From Octopus vulgaris (Eukaryota), in contig OX597819.1 in the NCBI GenBank assembly GCA_951406725.2, positions 21,452,001-21,516,000 on the forward strand: 64,000 nucleotides of DNA. The letters run 5' to 3'. Below are positions 13,423-28,429 of this stretch, one piece after another. The notes below the pieces were generated by a model that saw only the letters and a program-made list of their open reading frames with translations, was not told the origin of the DNA and ran no database searches. Numbering within the stretch: the stretch's first letter is position 1; each line of letters begins with the position of its first letter. The translations under genes and the position numbers were made by a program.

Positions 13423-13999
13423 TGAAAGGAAGTGGGGAGAAAGGAGGAGGAGTGCGTGTGTGTGTGTGTGTGTGTATGTGTGTGTGTGTGTGCGTCGATT
13501 GGATTTATCATATAATGTTCCACGCGTGACTGACATCTCTTCAAATGTTAAGCAAAAACCAGCGATGAGAAGGAGGAGAAACGAGCGGGGAAGCGGGAGG
13601 AAGTGATGTGATGTGATGTGATGTAGAGGTCTCGGTTGTGGCGGGTGGAGAGATTGTCAATGGTGGGTGGGGTGTAGGGAGAGTGTGTAGGAGAAGAACA
13701 CAATAACAATGTTCAGCATAACTACAACAACAACAACAACAACAAGATGATGAAGACGAAGGAGAAGGAGAGTAAGAAAATAAAAAAGAAGAACAATAAT
13801 GATAATAATAATCGACTTCGGCGAAGCGTAAAGTGAAATGCTCCCAAAATTCTTGGTGTTTTTACGTATTTATTTTTAGACATTTGCTGATGGCTCAATG
13901 GCAAATTGTTCCGGTTTATTGATCAGCCGGTTCCTGTATTTTAAACGGTATTACTCTCCAACACGCACCATCACATGAACACCCACCACTCCATATCCA

Positions 14000-14142
14000 C
14001 ACACACACACACACACACACATACATGCATAAATATACATATACATACATATATATATATAGAGATTGTAGATAGATATAGATGTATACACATATGTATA
14101 TATGCGTGTATGAATATATATATATATATATATATGCGTGTA

Positions 14143-14185
<43 letters not shown>

Positions 14186-14273
14186 TGTATGATATATATA
14201 TATATATATATACATACATATATATATATATATACATATGCGTGTATGAATATATATATATATATATACATAC

Positions 14274-14352
<79 letters not shown>

Positions 14353-14620
14353 CATATATATACATATATATATATACATATATATACATATATATATACA
14401 TATATATACATATATATATATATATATGCATATATATACATATATATATACATATATATATATACATATATATATATTTAGATAGATCGACAGAGGGATA
14501 GATTGATAGAGAGATGCATATATATGTATATATACAGGTATATATATGAATATATATGCATATATACACACATATATATGCATATATACACACATATATA
14601 TGCTTGTATACACACTTACA
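14000..14620. repeat. Long (TA)n/(CA)n compound microsatellite
   Basis: Directly visible. Confidence 0.97.
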
Positions 14621-15300
14621 AATACACATAATACACACAATCCCCCACACATGTATGCTGTGTGTAAGTTTCTATGTATGTGTGTAGTGATATACACGAA
14701 GATGTATGTATGTATGTATGTATGTCCCCCCAAAGCGTCTGGTGTATATGAAGTAGTTTAGAAGCCCACACGGCTCTGACGACACAAGCCTCAGCACCCG
14801 GAAATAATTTTGTTTTGAGAGGCAGCAACTGGAGGACAGACTGCCAAGAAATGCAACTCAGCTAAATGCAAACATGCACAAATACGCTAACAGTGTGGAC
14901 TTTATTGATTTTGAATTACAACTTGATGTCAGGGTGATATGTGGGATAAATAACCTGTTATTATTGTAGTAAAGACACAGTCAGCAGTTTCCAAGATGAA
15001 CTATGTTCAAATGTGTTTCACCCTTCACCATCCTTTATTTAATATTTTGGTTTGTGTTTTTACATAGTGTAACAAGTTAACAAGGCAACGTTAACAAATA
15101 TGTCCTTCCATTTTTTAAAGCATGCAGGGTGTTATTTCTAGCAGATTGAGTAACAATATCAAGACCCCACCCCTTTTGTCTGTGTGTTAAACATGGTTGA
15201 CCTATAGGTGATGTTTAGGATAAGATATCCAGACTAGATGTGCCAATTATGACGATGTTACTACTTTGCATACAGATGCACGTATGCACATATTCACACA

Positions 15301-15336
<36 letters not shown>

Positions 15337-16104
15337 ATCCTAGACTGCATCCAATCGGAAACAATTCGTGACTCCTAACAACCACTGAAACATGACCCAG
15401 CAGAAGAATGAATCTCTTTCATTCCCAAACCTGCTATTTTTAATGAAGGACTGATTGGATAATAGAATGATGAGTTCGCTACATACAGAAAAAATCGTGA
15501 TTGTCACGACTGGGATGCCTTTCAAAAAAGAAGTATTAGGTGAGTGCTCACCTTGGGTTAAATAACACCCAATAAACTGCAAGTTATCGACCAGCCTTTA
15601 AGTTGGCACTCGACATGCTAAAAGTAGCTTCCAAATATCGCTTATATAATATTATTGTCTTAGATAGAACATATTGGATCATGTTTACCTAGGTTCCTTA
15701 CACACTTGAAGATGGAATGGTCATTACTGGATTGATGGCCTGTGGCTAAATAACAACAATCAATGGTTCGCTCTAATAGCCAACGACAGAACATTTATGT
15801 TGTTTTTGAAAGTGGTCGCAGCTGTTCCCAAAGGGTTAGGTTTAGGGACATGTTATATCAATGTTGGTGGCAAGAAGAGCGATAGAAGCCATAGATGCCT
15901 TACTTTGTTTTCGGAACTCATTTAAATAGGAACTTCTAAACTGTTGAATGTAATTTATTATGGTAAACTATTTGCTACCCACAATCATAGCAACAACGAG
16001 AAGAACGATATTGTCAATAATAACAGACTTTACTTTGAGTAAATGAACAAAACAGAATATCATAGATGTATATATTCGTTCGCTATGTGTTTAGCTTTAA
16101 TATT

Positions 16105-16321
16105 TTGCTTACTTCTGTCCTTAAACTGCGGCCATTCAGGGGCAGTGTCTTGATAAATTGTTAGTCGAATGAACCGACAACAATACTTATCATTGTTTTA
16201 AAGTCATGTATTTATTCTATCGATATCTGGTACCGAACCGCTAGTTTATGGGAATATAAACGCACCAACACCGGTGGCCAAATGTTGAGGGAGCTCAGCA
16301 AATACAGACATAAACAAACAT

Positions 16322-16360
<39 letters not shown>

Positions 16361-16530
16361 ACACACACACACATGTACGACGGGCTGCATTCAGTTTCCG
16401 TCTACCAAATCCACTAAGAAGGCTATGGTCGGCCCGAGGCTATTGTAGAAGACATTTTCCCAAGGTGCCTCACAGTGAAACTGAAGCCAGAACTATGCGT
16501 TTGCGAAGAAAACCCTTTACCACAAAGCCT
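16105..16530 (-). mobile_element. SINE family B, diverged
   Basis: ttcagtttccgtctaccaaatccact...ggtcggcccgaggctattgtagaagaca. Confidence 0.8.
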
Positions 16531-16574
16531 CATCTTCGTATTAATTTATATATTCATTAATTTATTGTCGTATA

Positions 16575-16740
16575 TTTAAGAGATGAGGAATTATTTACAT
16601 TATTTAAATTTGAAGAATATTTGTCCTCATCTTGTTTGTAGTTAACAAAACGTTTCGGCTGATATACCCTCCAGTCTTCAGCAGGTGTCTTACGGAAATT
16701 TCGAATCTGGGTTCTCATTCCTAAGGTATTTTTGGATGCT
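16575..16740 (-). mobile_element. Short repeat with a degenerate minimal HHR (PLE pLTR-like)
   Basis: Minus strand 16688-16643: acac CTGCTGA A GACTG gagggtatat CAGCC GAAA CG TT. Confidence 0.55.
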
Positions 16741-17934
16741 TTTATTATTATTATTATTATTATTAATATTATTCTTCTTCTTATTATTATTCAGGTCAGT
16801 GCCTGTAATCGAACTCGGAATATTAATTTATTTATTTATATATTTTAATCAAATCCAATCTTATTTAAATGAAGATGGAAAATACATTTCTCGTAGTGTT
16901 TCGCGACCGTTTGTAGCTCTATTCATTCTCTACAGCTTTTGCTTATTGTTGATAAAGTTTGCTTCGGGAAGTGCCAAGTAGAATTAAAGCAACGGATTTT
17001 CTACCGATCCAGTATAAGCAATAAATAAAATATTATTTCAAAAGTAGCGTCAAAATTTTCTGGTATTTGCATTCATACAATAAAGACGGCTCCTATACAT
17101 GTAGGTTTAGGGATCACACTGACCTATGCATACGTCTATATGCGCCGGTACATCTAGAAAATCGAAGTTTATTCAATCACATCAAAATGTGTGAGTAAAA
17201 ATAACGGTTGATAGTTAAAAATATTTGCGAATCACAGCTCTCTGTACCAGTTTCACCCGCAAGAAACAGCTGCTAAATATCTCTTAAACTGTATCTCAGC
17301 GTTTTACAACGTAACACACCGGATATTGTTGACCGTTTGGACTGGAACTAAACAACGATAACAACATCCCATTGATTTAAACACATTTGGCTTGTCCCTC
17401 CACCACCGCTCCTCCTCTACAGCAACTGAAATATCGCATTTCCTCTTTCAGTGTTTCTTAGCTTTCAATCGGCAACGGAATATGTCTCCAAACGTTGTTC
17501 TCAATCTTCCTGAATATAGCCTTTGTTAATGTCAACCGAATTAATATCAGTCCGTATTTACAGAGCATACAATCACTGTAGGTTCTAACTTACCCTCCTG
17601 CCCAACAATTCAAGCTAAAGACAATCGTTATGACACTCTTTTTTTCTTTTATAGCATCACACTGTTGCTAACCTGTTTGAATTCCAAAGTTGTTACGGTA
17701 TTCCCCAAGGCAATCCTATGCCAAAGAAGGTCATATATCATGGAATGGTTCATGACTTTTACTACAGACATTGTCCTTCTTTGACAACACATACCTCCCT
17801 CTGATAATCATTAGAATATAGTGCATAATTTGAATTTCATAAGACTATTAAATAATTTTATATTACAACACTAGAACTTTCTTCATCATTAAAGACTAAA
17901 ATTTTGTTCAGCAATAATATAAATAAATATGAAA

Positions 17935-18285
17935 AGGAGCGGCTGTGTAGTAACAAGTTTGTTTCTCAGCTATTGGGTCCGGGTTCATTCCCTCTGTGTA
18001 GCACCCTGATCAAGTGTTTTCTACAATAGCTTCGGGCCAACCAAAGGTTTGTCAGTAGATTTGGCGGAGAGAAACTAAAAGAAGTCGTCGTATATTTGTG
18101 CGTGTGTCTTCGTGCCAGTGTATGCTCGCTCCCCGCTTAACAACTGGTATTGGTATGTTTATATGCCGTAACTTAGCGGTTGGCAATAGTGACCGATATA
18201 ATTACTACCAAGCCTGAAAAACTACTGGAGTTAATTCATTCCAGAAAAATTCTTCAAGACGACGCTGCAGCATGGCCGCAGGTTG
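17935..18285 (+). mobile_element. SINE family B, diverged
   Basis: ggagcggctgtgtagtaac...ccgggttcattccc...cttagcggttggcaa...gcagcatggccgcag. Confidence 0.8.
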
Positions 18286-18533
18286 AGGACACATGAAACG
18301 AAACCCTACCATTTATGAAACAAAACAACGTAAATTGGAGTAAACGTCATCCCACCGCCATGCCTGCCCCTGAAAATGTATTACACGCCGATACTATACT
18401 ACCAAAAATGCACACAATACCATACTATAGAATACAAGAGTACAATATAGTATTGCTTACAGACGCTACGGCAAAATGTAGTATTAATATTCTACACCAT
18501 ATCATATAATGCTATTGTTATATCACATCACAG

Positions 18534-18880
18534 TATAAGAGCTTCTATCAAAAGGTTCCCGGATTTGTTAAGGTTTAACATTATCTGCTTCGAAATAGTC
18601 ACCTTGTGCAGCACTACACTGGTCCCAGATTTCCTGCCACTTTTGCAATCAGGCCTGGAAGTCCTTTTCCTAAAGCGAATCGAGGACCTTCTGTAATTCG
18701 CTCTGGATCTTGACAACGATGTAAAAACGGCGACGTTTGAGCCGCATTTTCATCTTGGGGAGGTGATTGTTGTCCACCTGTGCTAAATCTGGTGATTAGA
18801 GCGGGTACAGAAGTGATATCATGTTGTTTTGGGCGAGAAACTCACGAGCGAGAAAAGCTCGATGAAGAATCCAGTTGTTG
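18534..18880 (-). mobile_element. Tc1/mariner transposase fossil, 3' end
   Basis: Minus-strand peptides LAREFLAQNNMISLLYPL*SPDLAQ and LPKMKMRLKRRRF...DFQA*LQKWQEIWDQCSAAQGDYFE match the mariner YSPDLAP and RW..C....GDYFE motifs. Confidence 0.85.
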
Positions 18881-20589
18881 GCGCTCCACAGCCAAATGTT
18901 CATCAAATTGCGCCCTGTTATTTTAACAAGTGACGGACATATTGTCATTTTGTATTTTCTGACAGAATTAATGGCAGAAAAACTTCAGTATGAATGGCTT
19001 TCATCATTGGTTTTCTGGACCAAGATTGCCCTGTGTATAAAGAACAACAAGAACTATAGTCACAAATAGTTATTATTATCTAGAACATCTACGTGGTCAT
19101 TTAATTTGCTAGAAATAGCAACCTAATCTACTCCATTTACCTATACAATTATGAAAAAAAACAATGCCTGTTAAATAATGCAGTCATGAACATGTGATTA
19201 AAAGACGAGATGGTCACGGGGCAACTCATTTAATCGTAAATCTACAGAGTCAAACTGACCTGACGCTAAACAGACGACATCATAAGACAATGACAGCAAC
19301 AATTGCAAGGCTGCTAAAGAAAGAAGCCAAACCGCCCTTAAATGATAGCAACACCCCTGAAAGAAAGAAAGAAAGAAAGAAACGCATTAAGCATTTTCGT
19401 TCAAGGTACAAAATGTATTAGCGGGGGGTCTTTATAAAATAACACGGGCCGCCGTCATAGTGTATTGTGAATTTGGATCATCTTAAATTGAGCCCAGCCT
19501 GTTGGTCACAGGGTTCGATCGCATCTGATTTGATCTGGAGAGAACAACTGAAAGTAAGGAAGAGAACGATAGAAGAATCGATTTCAGTTCTGGACTGATA
19601 ATATATTATTTATCGATCCCAGAAGGACGAAAAGCAATTTTGGTTGGTTTCAACTGATTCCAACTCAGAACTGGTAAGAATAAAGAAATACTTTCTGTCC
19701 GATCCCCTACTAGTTCGCCAACTGCGATACACAGGACCATCAGCAAATACAGGGTGGGGCAAAAAAATATCACAATGTAAAGGATAATAAACACTTCAAC
19801 AGTAAATGTGTGGCATGTACAGATCCAAACGATGGTAATTAAAAAGAAAAAAAGTAAACATGAAGAATTAGCTATAAGCGGTCACCATTACGATGTAGCT
19901 CACTTCAACAGCGCTCCATCAATGGCCGTGTAAATTAATGGAGATGTCTGCATCACAGCCCCGTAAATACAGCGCACAGATCTGGAACGTCTTTTATTAA
20001 AGATAGAGGCATAGACAACAGCAATGGCAACATCAATAACAACAAGAACAACAACAAGGCCGTGGTTTTTATCGTTGTTGCTGTGGCGAAGGAAGCAAAT
20101 TGGCATTTAGAAAATCATAGGAATATCATACGTGACTATTTCTCAGACCCCACAATTTGAACAACAGCAACACCATCGCCAGCATCAACATTAATCACTA
20201 AAATCGTCGACATCATCATCATCATCATCATCAACAACAACAACATCAACAGCCACAATTAGAAGCGCAAAGTAAGCAGCAACCAAAAAGAAAAAAAAAA
20301 CAAACAAATATTACTACAAAACAACAACAATAAGAACGACGACATGAAAACAATGATGAGGAAAAAAAAAAGAAGAGGAAGAGAGGAGCAACGACAATAT
20401 CAGGACAACAATTCCGATTTCCAAACCGTCGACAAAAACGACAACAACAACAACAGCAACAACTACATCCGATAGATATTGAATAGCTGTGATTCATGCA
20501 AAGTTTTTTAGCGTATACCAGCATGCATATTGATATCCATGCGTACACAAAACGAAACTCACTTAAATTACATCGACGCTCATACATAC

Positions 20590-20650
20590 ATCCTCACACT
20601 CACAGACAGACTAACACACTCACATACATTTACATGAGTGTATGTACATT

Positions 20651-20686
<36 letters not shown>

Positions 20687-21201
20687 ACAGCAAACATGTG
20701 CTTAAGCACAGACATGCACACACAGACACACACACACAGACACGCACACACAGACGCGCATGCTCACACTTATTGGCCGAAACAACGGTGAGCATACAGT
20801 CTTACAAGCACAAACATGCTTCCGCATACTCGCACAAGTATATACAAACAAACAAACAAAAAAAACCAGCTGAAAGTGTATAGACACACACAAACACACA
20901 TACACATGTTTGCACGCACACGTTCGAACGTACATGGAAAAATCAGACACGTCCACACAGACACAGACGCAAATTCGCATCCATAGACTCGTCCACAAAC
21001 AGCTACATATATGCAAATATACCCACATGCATACACAGGCAAACGTGCACTCTTATAGACAGAAACAGCCATGAACATACAAACACAAGCGTGCATTCGC
21101 ATATACAGACACACAGAGATATGTTCACGCAAACAGCTCGAAGAGTATAGACACACAAATGCATGTACTCTCTCTCTCTCTCACAGACACACACACACAC
21201 A

Positions 21202-21279
<78 letters not shown>

Positions 21280-21280
21280 G
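20590..21280. repeat. (CA)n-rich compound microsatellite region
   Basis: Directly visible. Confidence 0.9.
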
Positions 21281-21427
21281 AACAAGGATCTTGCTTTTGA
21301 TTAACAGAATAATTATTGCTGACCAATTCAGGCCGGAATTGTACATGCGTGTTTTGGGTTGGCCTAATTTATGATTCACGCTTATTAACCATTAGTCATT
21401 GACAACGAGTGTAGGATTATAGATACG

Positions 21428-21476
<49 letters not shown>

Positions 21477-22012
21477 ATGTGTGTGCGCGTCGGTGTGTAT
21501 GTGTATCAATGTGCCAGTGTATATGTCAGTGCTTGTGAGCATTTGTGTCAGTGACTGTACGTGTAGGCACGTTTCTGCGTGCTTGGGAGAAGGAGCGGCT
21601 TTGTTTAAACAGATTAGAGTGTGTGAAAGGGTATAAATGTATGTATGCGTGTGAGTAAATGTGTGTGTGTGTGTGTGTGCATGTGTCTGCGCGCGACTAT
21701 GTGTGTCCACGTGTGTTTGCACACAAGCACATACACACACAAACGCATATTAATATACATATTCAAAAATAATGTAATTGTCTGCAATTATCTGCTCTGT
21801 ATTCGTTCATTTAAATATACTTACGAATACACACAGAGAAACACACACACACACACTAATGCACAAAGATGTGTCTGTATATGTGTGTGTGCGTGTGTAT
21901 GTGCATGCGTGAGTGTTTATATGGGTATGCGTGTGTTTGTTATTGTGTATGTGTAAACAGAGAAAGGGAGCGATTGATATCAGAGAGAGAGACAGTCTGA
22001 CTGACAGATAGA

Positions 22013-22205
<193 letters not shown>

Positions 22206-22489
22206 AGAGATTTGCTGGATATTCGTCGCTCGATGTTGAAATTTCTGTCATTCATTCAACCGAAGTACCTCTTCTTGTACATAAGCGAATATTGCGTAGT
22301 CATAATTTTAATACCATTCGCAAAGAAAGTCACTGAAGCAAGAATACAACATGTGACACGGTGGTACTGTTGAGACTTTAATCCCAATGGCGTTTTACTC
22401 ACTTTCCGTGTATCCCGCTTCACTGATACAATCTCCGTAATCACAGAGACACAAAAACCAGCTAACGATAATTTAATGCTTTTTTTACT

Positions 22490-22537
22490 TGACATTGCGT
22501 GCGAAAGCTACCTGACATTGCGTGCGAAAGCTACCTG
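22490..22537. repeat. Perfect 23-bp tandem duplication
   Basis: tgacattgcgtgcgaaagctacc x2. Confidence 0.95.
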
Positions 22538-22794
22538 TTATTCAATTTCTACTTTCTTCTCTTAAGTATGAGCCTAGATGTATATGCCTGTGTGTGTTTA
22601 TATGTATGAAGTAAAACCATGTCAGGGACCAGGTCGCAATCGGTGCGACGAAATCTTTCTCGGCAAATGTTTTGGCGAAGATAGCTGCCTTTGTTTTGAA
22701 TGATTAATATTTGTGTGTTAATTGTTTTTGTTTCAATAACAGCTCTCAGATCAAACCATATGCAACAAAAGTGCATCTCCGAAATAAATGCATG

Positions 22795-22861
<67 letters not shown>

Positions 22862-25800
22862 ACGTATGTATGTATGAAGATATGTATGCATGTGTGTGTT
22901 TATATATGTGTGTATGTGAGTGGAGGTGTGAGTGAGTGTGTGTATCTTGTACTCATGTTTACGTATTGAAACAAATTTATATACGCGTGTCTGTAGACGA
23001 GCTTTGTGTGTTGTGATTGAATTATTTTTGCGAATGGATTCGTCCTACCCTAAAATTACTTAGCAACCATGAGTCATTCATACGCTACGCTGACAAAACC
23101 GATTGCAAGATAAGCCAAACGCGTTTGACAAATGTAGGTTGGGAACATCGTCTGCTGCATTGAATGGAATGACTGAGAAACTTCCAGCTTACATGTAAGC
23201 ATACATGAGTGTAGTCTTTCCAAAACAGACAGAAAATATTCTCCAAAAAATGAAAGGACTCGAACGGATATCTAAATTTCAGAAACGAGATTACATTTAA
23301 ACTATAACAAAGCATAATCTTGCTCTATTCCGCACAGAATTAAATGAGAAAATCTGCGATGGCCTGGTGTCTTGTTCAGGAGCGGTGTTATGGTCCATTG
23401 AGTCCTAGGCCTCCAGATAGAAATATCCAGGGCTGGATGATGACGATGATGATGATGAGGATGATGATAATGATGATGATGATGGTGGTGGTGGTGGTGA
23501 TGTTGTTGACCTACAATCCCAACACTAAGCATTGAATCCTTATTTCTTTCATTATTCCATAGCATTCTTAATCTGTTTCTTGAGCCAGCTCAACAGTAGA
23601 CCATCTATTATGTGGTCATTTAGTGTGCTAGAAATAGCAGGGATCAAGTGGGTCTCAGAAGTCATTCTGGATGGATGGATGGAACGGATTTTCAACTGAA
23701 TCATCACAGATTCAATTCACGACTTCAAAATATTTCACCAACACATCAACCGTTGTCAATATTACCACTTTTCCACCACCACGTTACTACTACTACTACT
23801 ACGACTACTGCTGCTGCTGCCATCAATATTCCTCTTTTTTGTATTTTTCTTTTTTGTTCGAGAAAATTAAAGCAATTGATTTGATTTCTCGTTTGGAAGC
23901 GCCGGCTTCTATTTTAGAAATAGGCCAGACATCATGTGTAATCGTTTTAATATTATAATTTCTGAAGTTTCATATCCGCCACTCCTTCAGATAGCTTTGC
24001 TTTGATTGGAATCAGATCTTTGTAGATGTTAACTATACAAAACAGACAAATGAAATGAATGACAAACAGTGAAACAATATAAACAAAAGACAAGCTAAAA
24101 GTTATTAGAAACCTAAGTCAGCGAGTTAATTTTCTTGTAAATGGTTATGAATGAAAGCTGAAATATCAATTCTAATCACTCCCTAATCCATTTTTAAATC
24201 GTAATAGGTCACACGGTACAACGTCTTTGTTGCTTATACCCAAGTAGTCACTATTATCAAAGCCTTTCCATCCGTGACCAGCATGTATGTTACAAAGTCA
24301 TTACATTTTCTAGGATTACATGTGGAATGCAACGTTTTCTACAAGATGTCATTTGAGGGTATTTGGCTGTTATGTTTTGCAGTCGGAGAGATAGTCACAC
24401 ATATGAGCATGTAGTTATACATTTTCTTAACCCTAGGTCAGTCTCGATCAAATAGTACTATGCTCGACTGTATTCCAATAGTGACCCTTCCGCCTATGTT
24501 TAATCTTTCTACAATTTCATACTATGATAATTGTTTGTAGTCCCAAATCCGTTCAGTCGAAGATAAGATGAAATGTTATCATCCAGGATCCTTTTCAGAT
24601 ATATTCAGATACCTATTCCCTCCTCTGTTACTTTTGATTCATTCATCACTGACCCAAGATAACACGGTATGCAAATTGTGAACCATGTTTCTATCATCAT
24701 GAACTGATCTGTGATTAAACGGGTCAGCGATCATTCAAAGATTCTGCTTGAGTCTCAAAAGGGCTTCTCTCCATCAGCGAAAACCTTAATGCTCTGGACA
24801 ACATAGGTTCTCCAGAAACAACCTAATTTCCCAATATGTTCTGTTATTCATTTATCCGTAATTTATTTAACACGGTGTTTTATTAGAACCAAACACCCGT
24901 GATAAACGAAGATAGATGTATAATATAACAAGAATTACGTATTAAATCTCTTCTAATTTGCTGTCGTTGTTTCTTTCTATAACAGTCTTAATCCAGCAGA
25001 GGTTCCCGCCGTGGTCATCCCAACATTTTGTCATGCCAAGTATATCCAAGACTACATTACACATTGTATGTATCCGTGTTATTTTTCCAGTGTAACTCTG
25101 ACCCTGCAGCTCTTACAATGAAATAAGCCCAGAACACAGAAAAATCATGTCTTTCCTTACTGAGTCATAGTATATCTAGGACTCTATTATCTCCTGTTCA
25201 TTTTCTTGTTTTGATGTTGTCATTTGTTTTATTTTGTTTGTTTTTGTCAAATTCATTTAGGCCCAAATCCAGAAGACCTAACCAAATTTATTCGCGTTTA
25301 TGAGAGTTGGAAATTTAATGATAGACAGTGTTTTTCAGCTGTGCATTATTTAACGTGTCCTTGCATTTTTATGATGGATAAATATCATTTGAATGAGATT
25401 ACCGTTATTTCTAGAAAGTCACCTTCCTACAAACAGGCCCTCTCTTTGGCCAGTCATAATATTGAGTATATGTGACTACGGGATGTTCACAGTTTTGTGA
25501 AGACCCTTAGATGTTTAGGGCGAAATAAATTGCTACATCTCTCTGGAATTCAGACCGGGAAACAAATTCAATTCTCGTTCGATATTCACTTCAACAACAT
25601 TACATTTTGATGAAGCTTTTGAAGGGAGGGATTGGGATACCAAGGGGTCATATATCATGTTTTAGTGAAAGATATCATGATTCTATGTCATTCTTCTATG
25701 CATATATTTATACAACCGTAAATTTGTATACTGAGTGTATTTAAACATTTTACATATGTTTTCTGTATTGTTTCTGTTGCCTCTGTACGTCTGTACGTTC

Positions 25801-27069
25801 CCGCATACTTGCGCACATACATACAATTATGTATGCGTATGCGCGTGTGTGTGTGTGTGTGTATTAAATGAATGATAAAATCTATTAATTAGGTAATCGT
25901 CCTCAATAGTATACCGTTGTTTAGTTATAAGGAACTGAGAATCTAGTCTTGAGTAGTTGTGAAAAATATCATGGCTCTATGACGGTGTTAACATGAAATC
26001 AATTGTATATGAACAGCAACGAAAACGTCAACGTCAAGTCTGAGCGGAGAGGGGAAATAGTAATGGCAACAAACATCAGCAACACCACCAGCATCATCCC
26101 CGTTTCTACTATCACGATTACCGCCACCCCCATCAACAACACAACGTACGAGATTTTTATGCCTGCAACCAACGATGCTGAGAGTATTAATTTCACCGAT
26201 GCAGTCAACTCCTACACTTTTCATTTCTCAACTAAACAATTCTGGATAATACACGTGCGCACCAGATGCATTCTCATTCACATAAGAAATTAAGGAACGA
26301 AAACGAAGTCATTTTAGAGACTAAAAATGTATTAATCGCAAGGTTAGCCTGGCAGACAAGGAAATATAGAACGCATTATAACATACCAATACGGAAAAAA
26401 AAGCACTGTTTATATAGTTTCCGTGATTATGAACCAGCGAAGAAAAGACATTTTAAAACGGTTTTATCTCAAGCACAGTTTGTGCCCTTAATGGCGTTAG
26501 GGCCTACAACAAAAGAAAAGAATGAGCCTACAAAATCAAAAGATCCTGATCAGCATAAAGCTTAAAGAGCTGGCCATCAAAACTCCCAACAAAACAAGAC
26601 GACGGTAGTGCGTTCCAGAGAGCAGGGGTTCGAGGGAAGAAGCTGATAGAAGAAATGGACTTAAGGCCATCAGGAACCTCAATAGAGAAACGATATCCCT
26701 GACAAGAGAAGCGGGTAACTCGTTTAAGGGTCTTGACAGGGAAATCTAGACCAGAAATTTCTTCAGAGCAATGACTACTGATATACAGAAATTACACAGC
26801 AAAGATACATTTAGACGATGAGCCAAAAACTCCAAACAAGTAGAAAGAAGAGGCCCAAGCATATAAAATAACTTGATTCTAAATCCGATCAAACATAATA
26901 AATACGCTCAGAGTTGGCCGTTGATAATCAGATGAATATCTAAGATTATATCCTCCAGCAACCCAAGACGTGGTGCCAAATGACCACGCTCAGAGCACAT
27001 AATATCTTGCACCATACAGACATGCAAGAAATATGTATGCTTCTAGTGTAATCTACAGAAATAATGAAA

Positions 27070-27136
27070 ACATATATACATATATATACATACATACATA
27101 CATATATATACATACATACATATATATACATACGTG

Positions 27137-27168
<32 letters not shown>

Positions 27169-27273
27169 CATACATATTTATATATATATACATATATATA
27201 TACATGCATACATATTTTATATATATATATATATATATATACATGCATACATGCATACATATTTATATATATA

Positions 27274-27315
<42 letters not shown>

Positions 27316-27340
27316 CATACATATACACATACATATATAC
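27070..27340. repeat. (TA)n/(TACA)n microsatellite
   Basis: Directly visible. Confidence 0.97.
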
Positions 27341-27527
27341 AAGGTTTGTTATGAATATTTATGGAACAAATATCATATAGTAACTCAACAAACAGAGATG
27401 GAGAAGAGATGTTAAAAGCTTAAAAATAAATTTAATCCATGTAATATGAAGAATCTTTATTAGAAATCCAACTTTGGAACCCCCTAAAGTAAAGGATTAA
27501 ATAGAACTCAACCCTTTTACGCGCGCG

Positions 27528-27558
<31 letters not shown>

Positions 27559-28429
27559 ATATACACATATTGTTTGTTTGTGTGTGTGTGTGTGTGTGTG
27601 AGTGTTTGTGCGGGTGTGAGAATATACATGTTGCTTAGTAAGATTTGTTGTGGACAAAAGAAGACTCAGGTGGTATTCATACAATAGCATCGAACATCAA
27701 AATGGCTTCTGTCTTCGGTCAAGAAAATTGAAGTTCATTTACAGCCAATAAAGCAACTCTAACACGAGCTGCAGCAACACCGTCAATAGTTAAAGCCGTA
27801 TAACAAAACAGCCAAGAGTCATACCGCTGCTACTTTCTAAAGAGGGCGCCATCTAGCAAGTAGAACAACGTGATGGCTAATACAGGAAAATAGACATCAA
27901 ATAACCTCCAGCAATCCATCATATTTCTTCTCAAATAATGAGAAGAGAGAAATAAGAGACCGAACAAACGAACTGTTGTCATAGATCCCAAGAGGAACCA
28001 TCAGCAGAGCATCACCAAAACTACTAGCAACGAACAGAATACAAGAAAGGGCTGCTGAGAAACGAGTTCTCTTCATGCGCAACCAAGTTAATAAATAATG
28101 AAAATCAGCAAACCCCAACTCACAACAACAACAACATGATCACCAACAACGAAACAGGAAACAACACCAGTAACAACATTGAAAACAGAAGCAACTCAAA
28201 AGCAAACAAACATGTCAGAAAACAGAAAAAAACAAAAGCTCACAAGAGCAAATGGGACAAACCTAAATCTAATAGCCAAAGGCGCAAACATTTTCTTAGG
28301 AATGGAATCCTGTTGAAGATTGCTCCCTGTCCTACGGTTACCTTGGTCTGTCCACCGAATGTGTCTTGTGAACGTTGCCGGAGATTTGCTTTCTGGTTGT
28401 GTCATTGCAGGATTGATAACTTGATAGGT

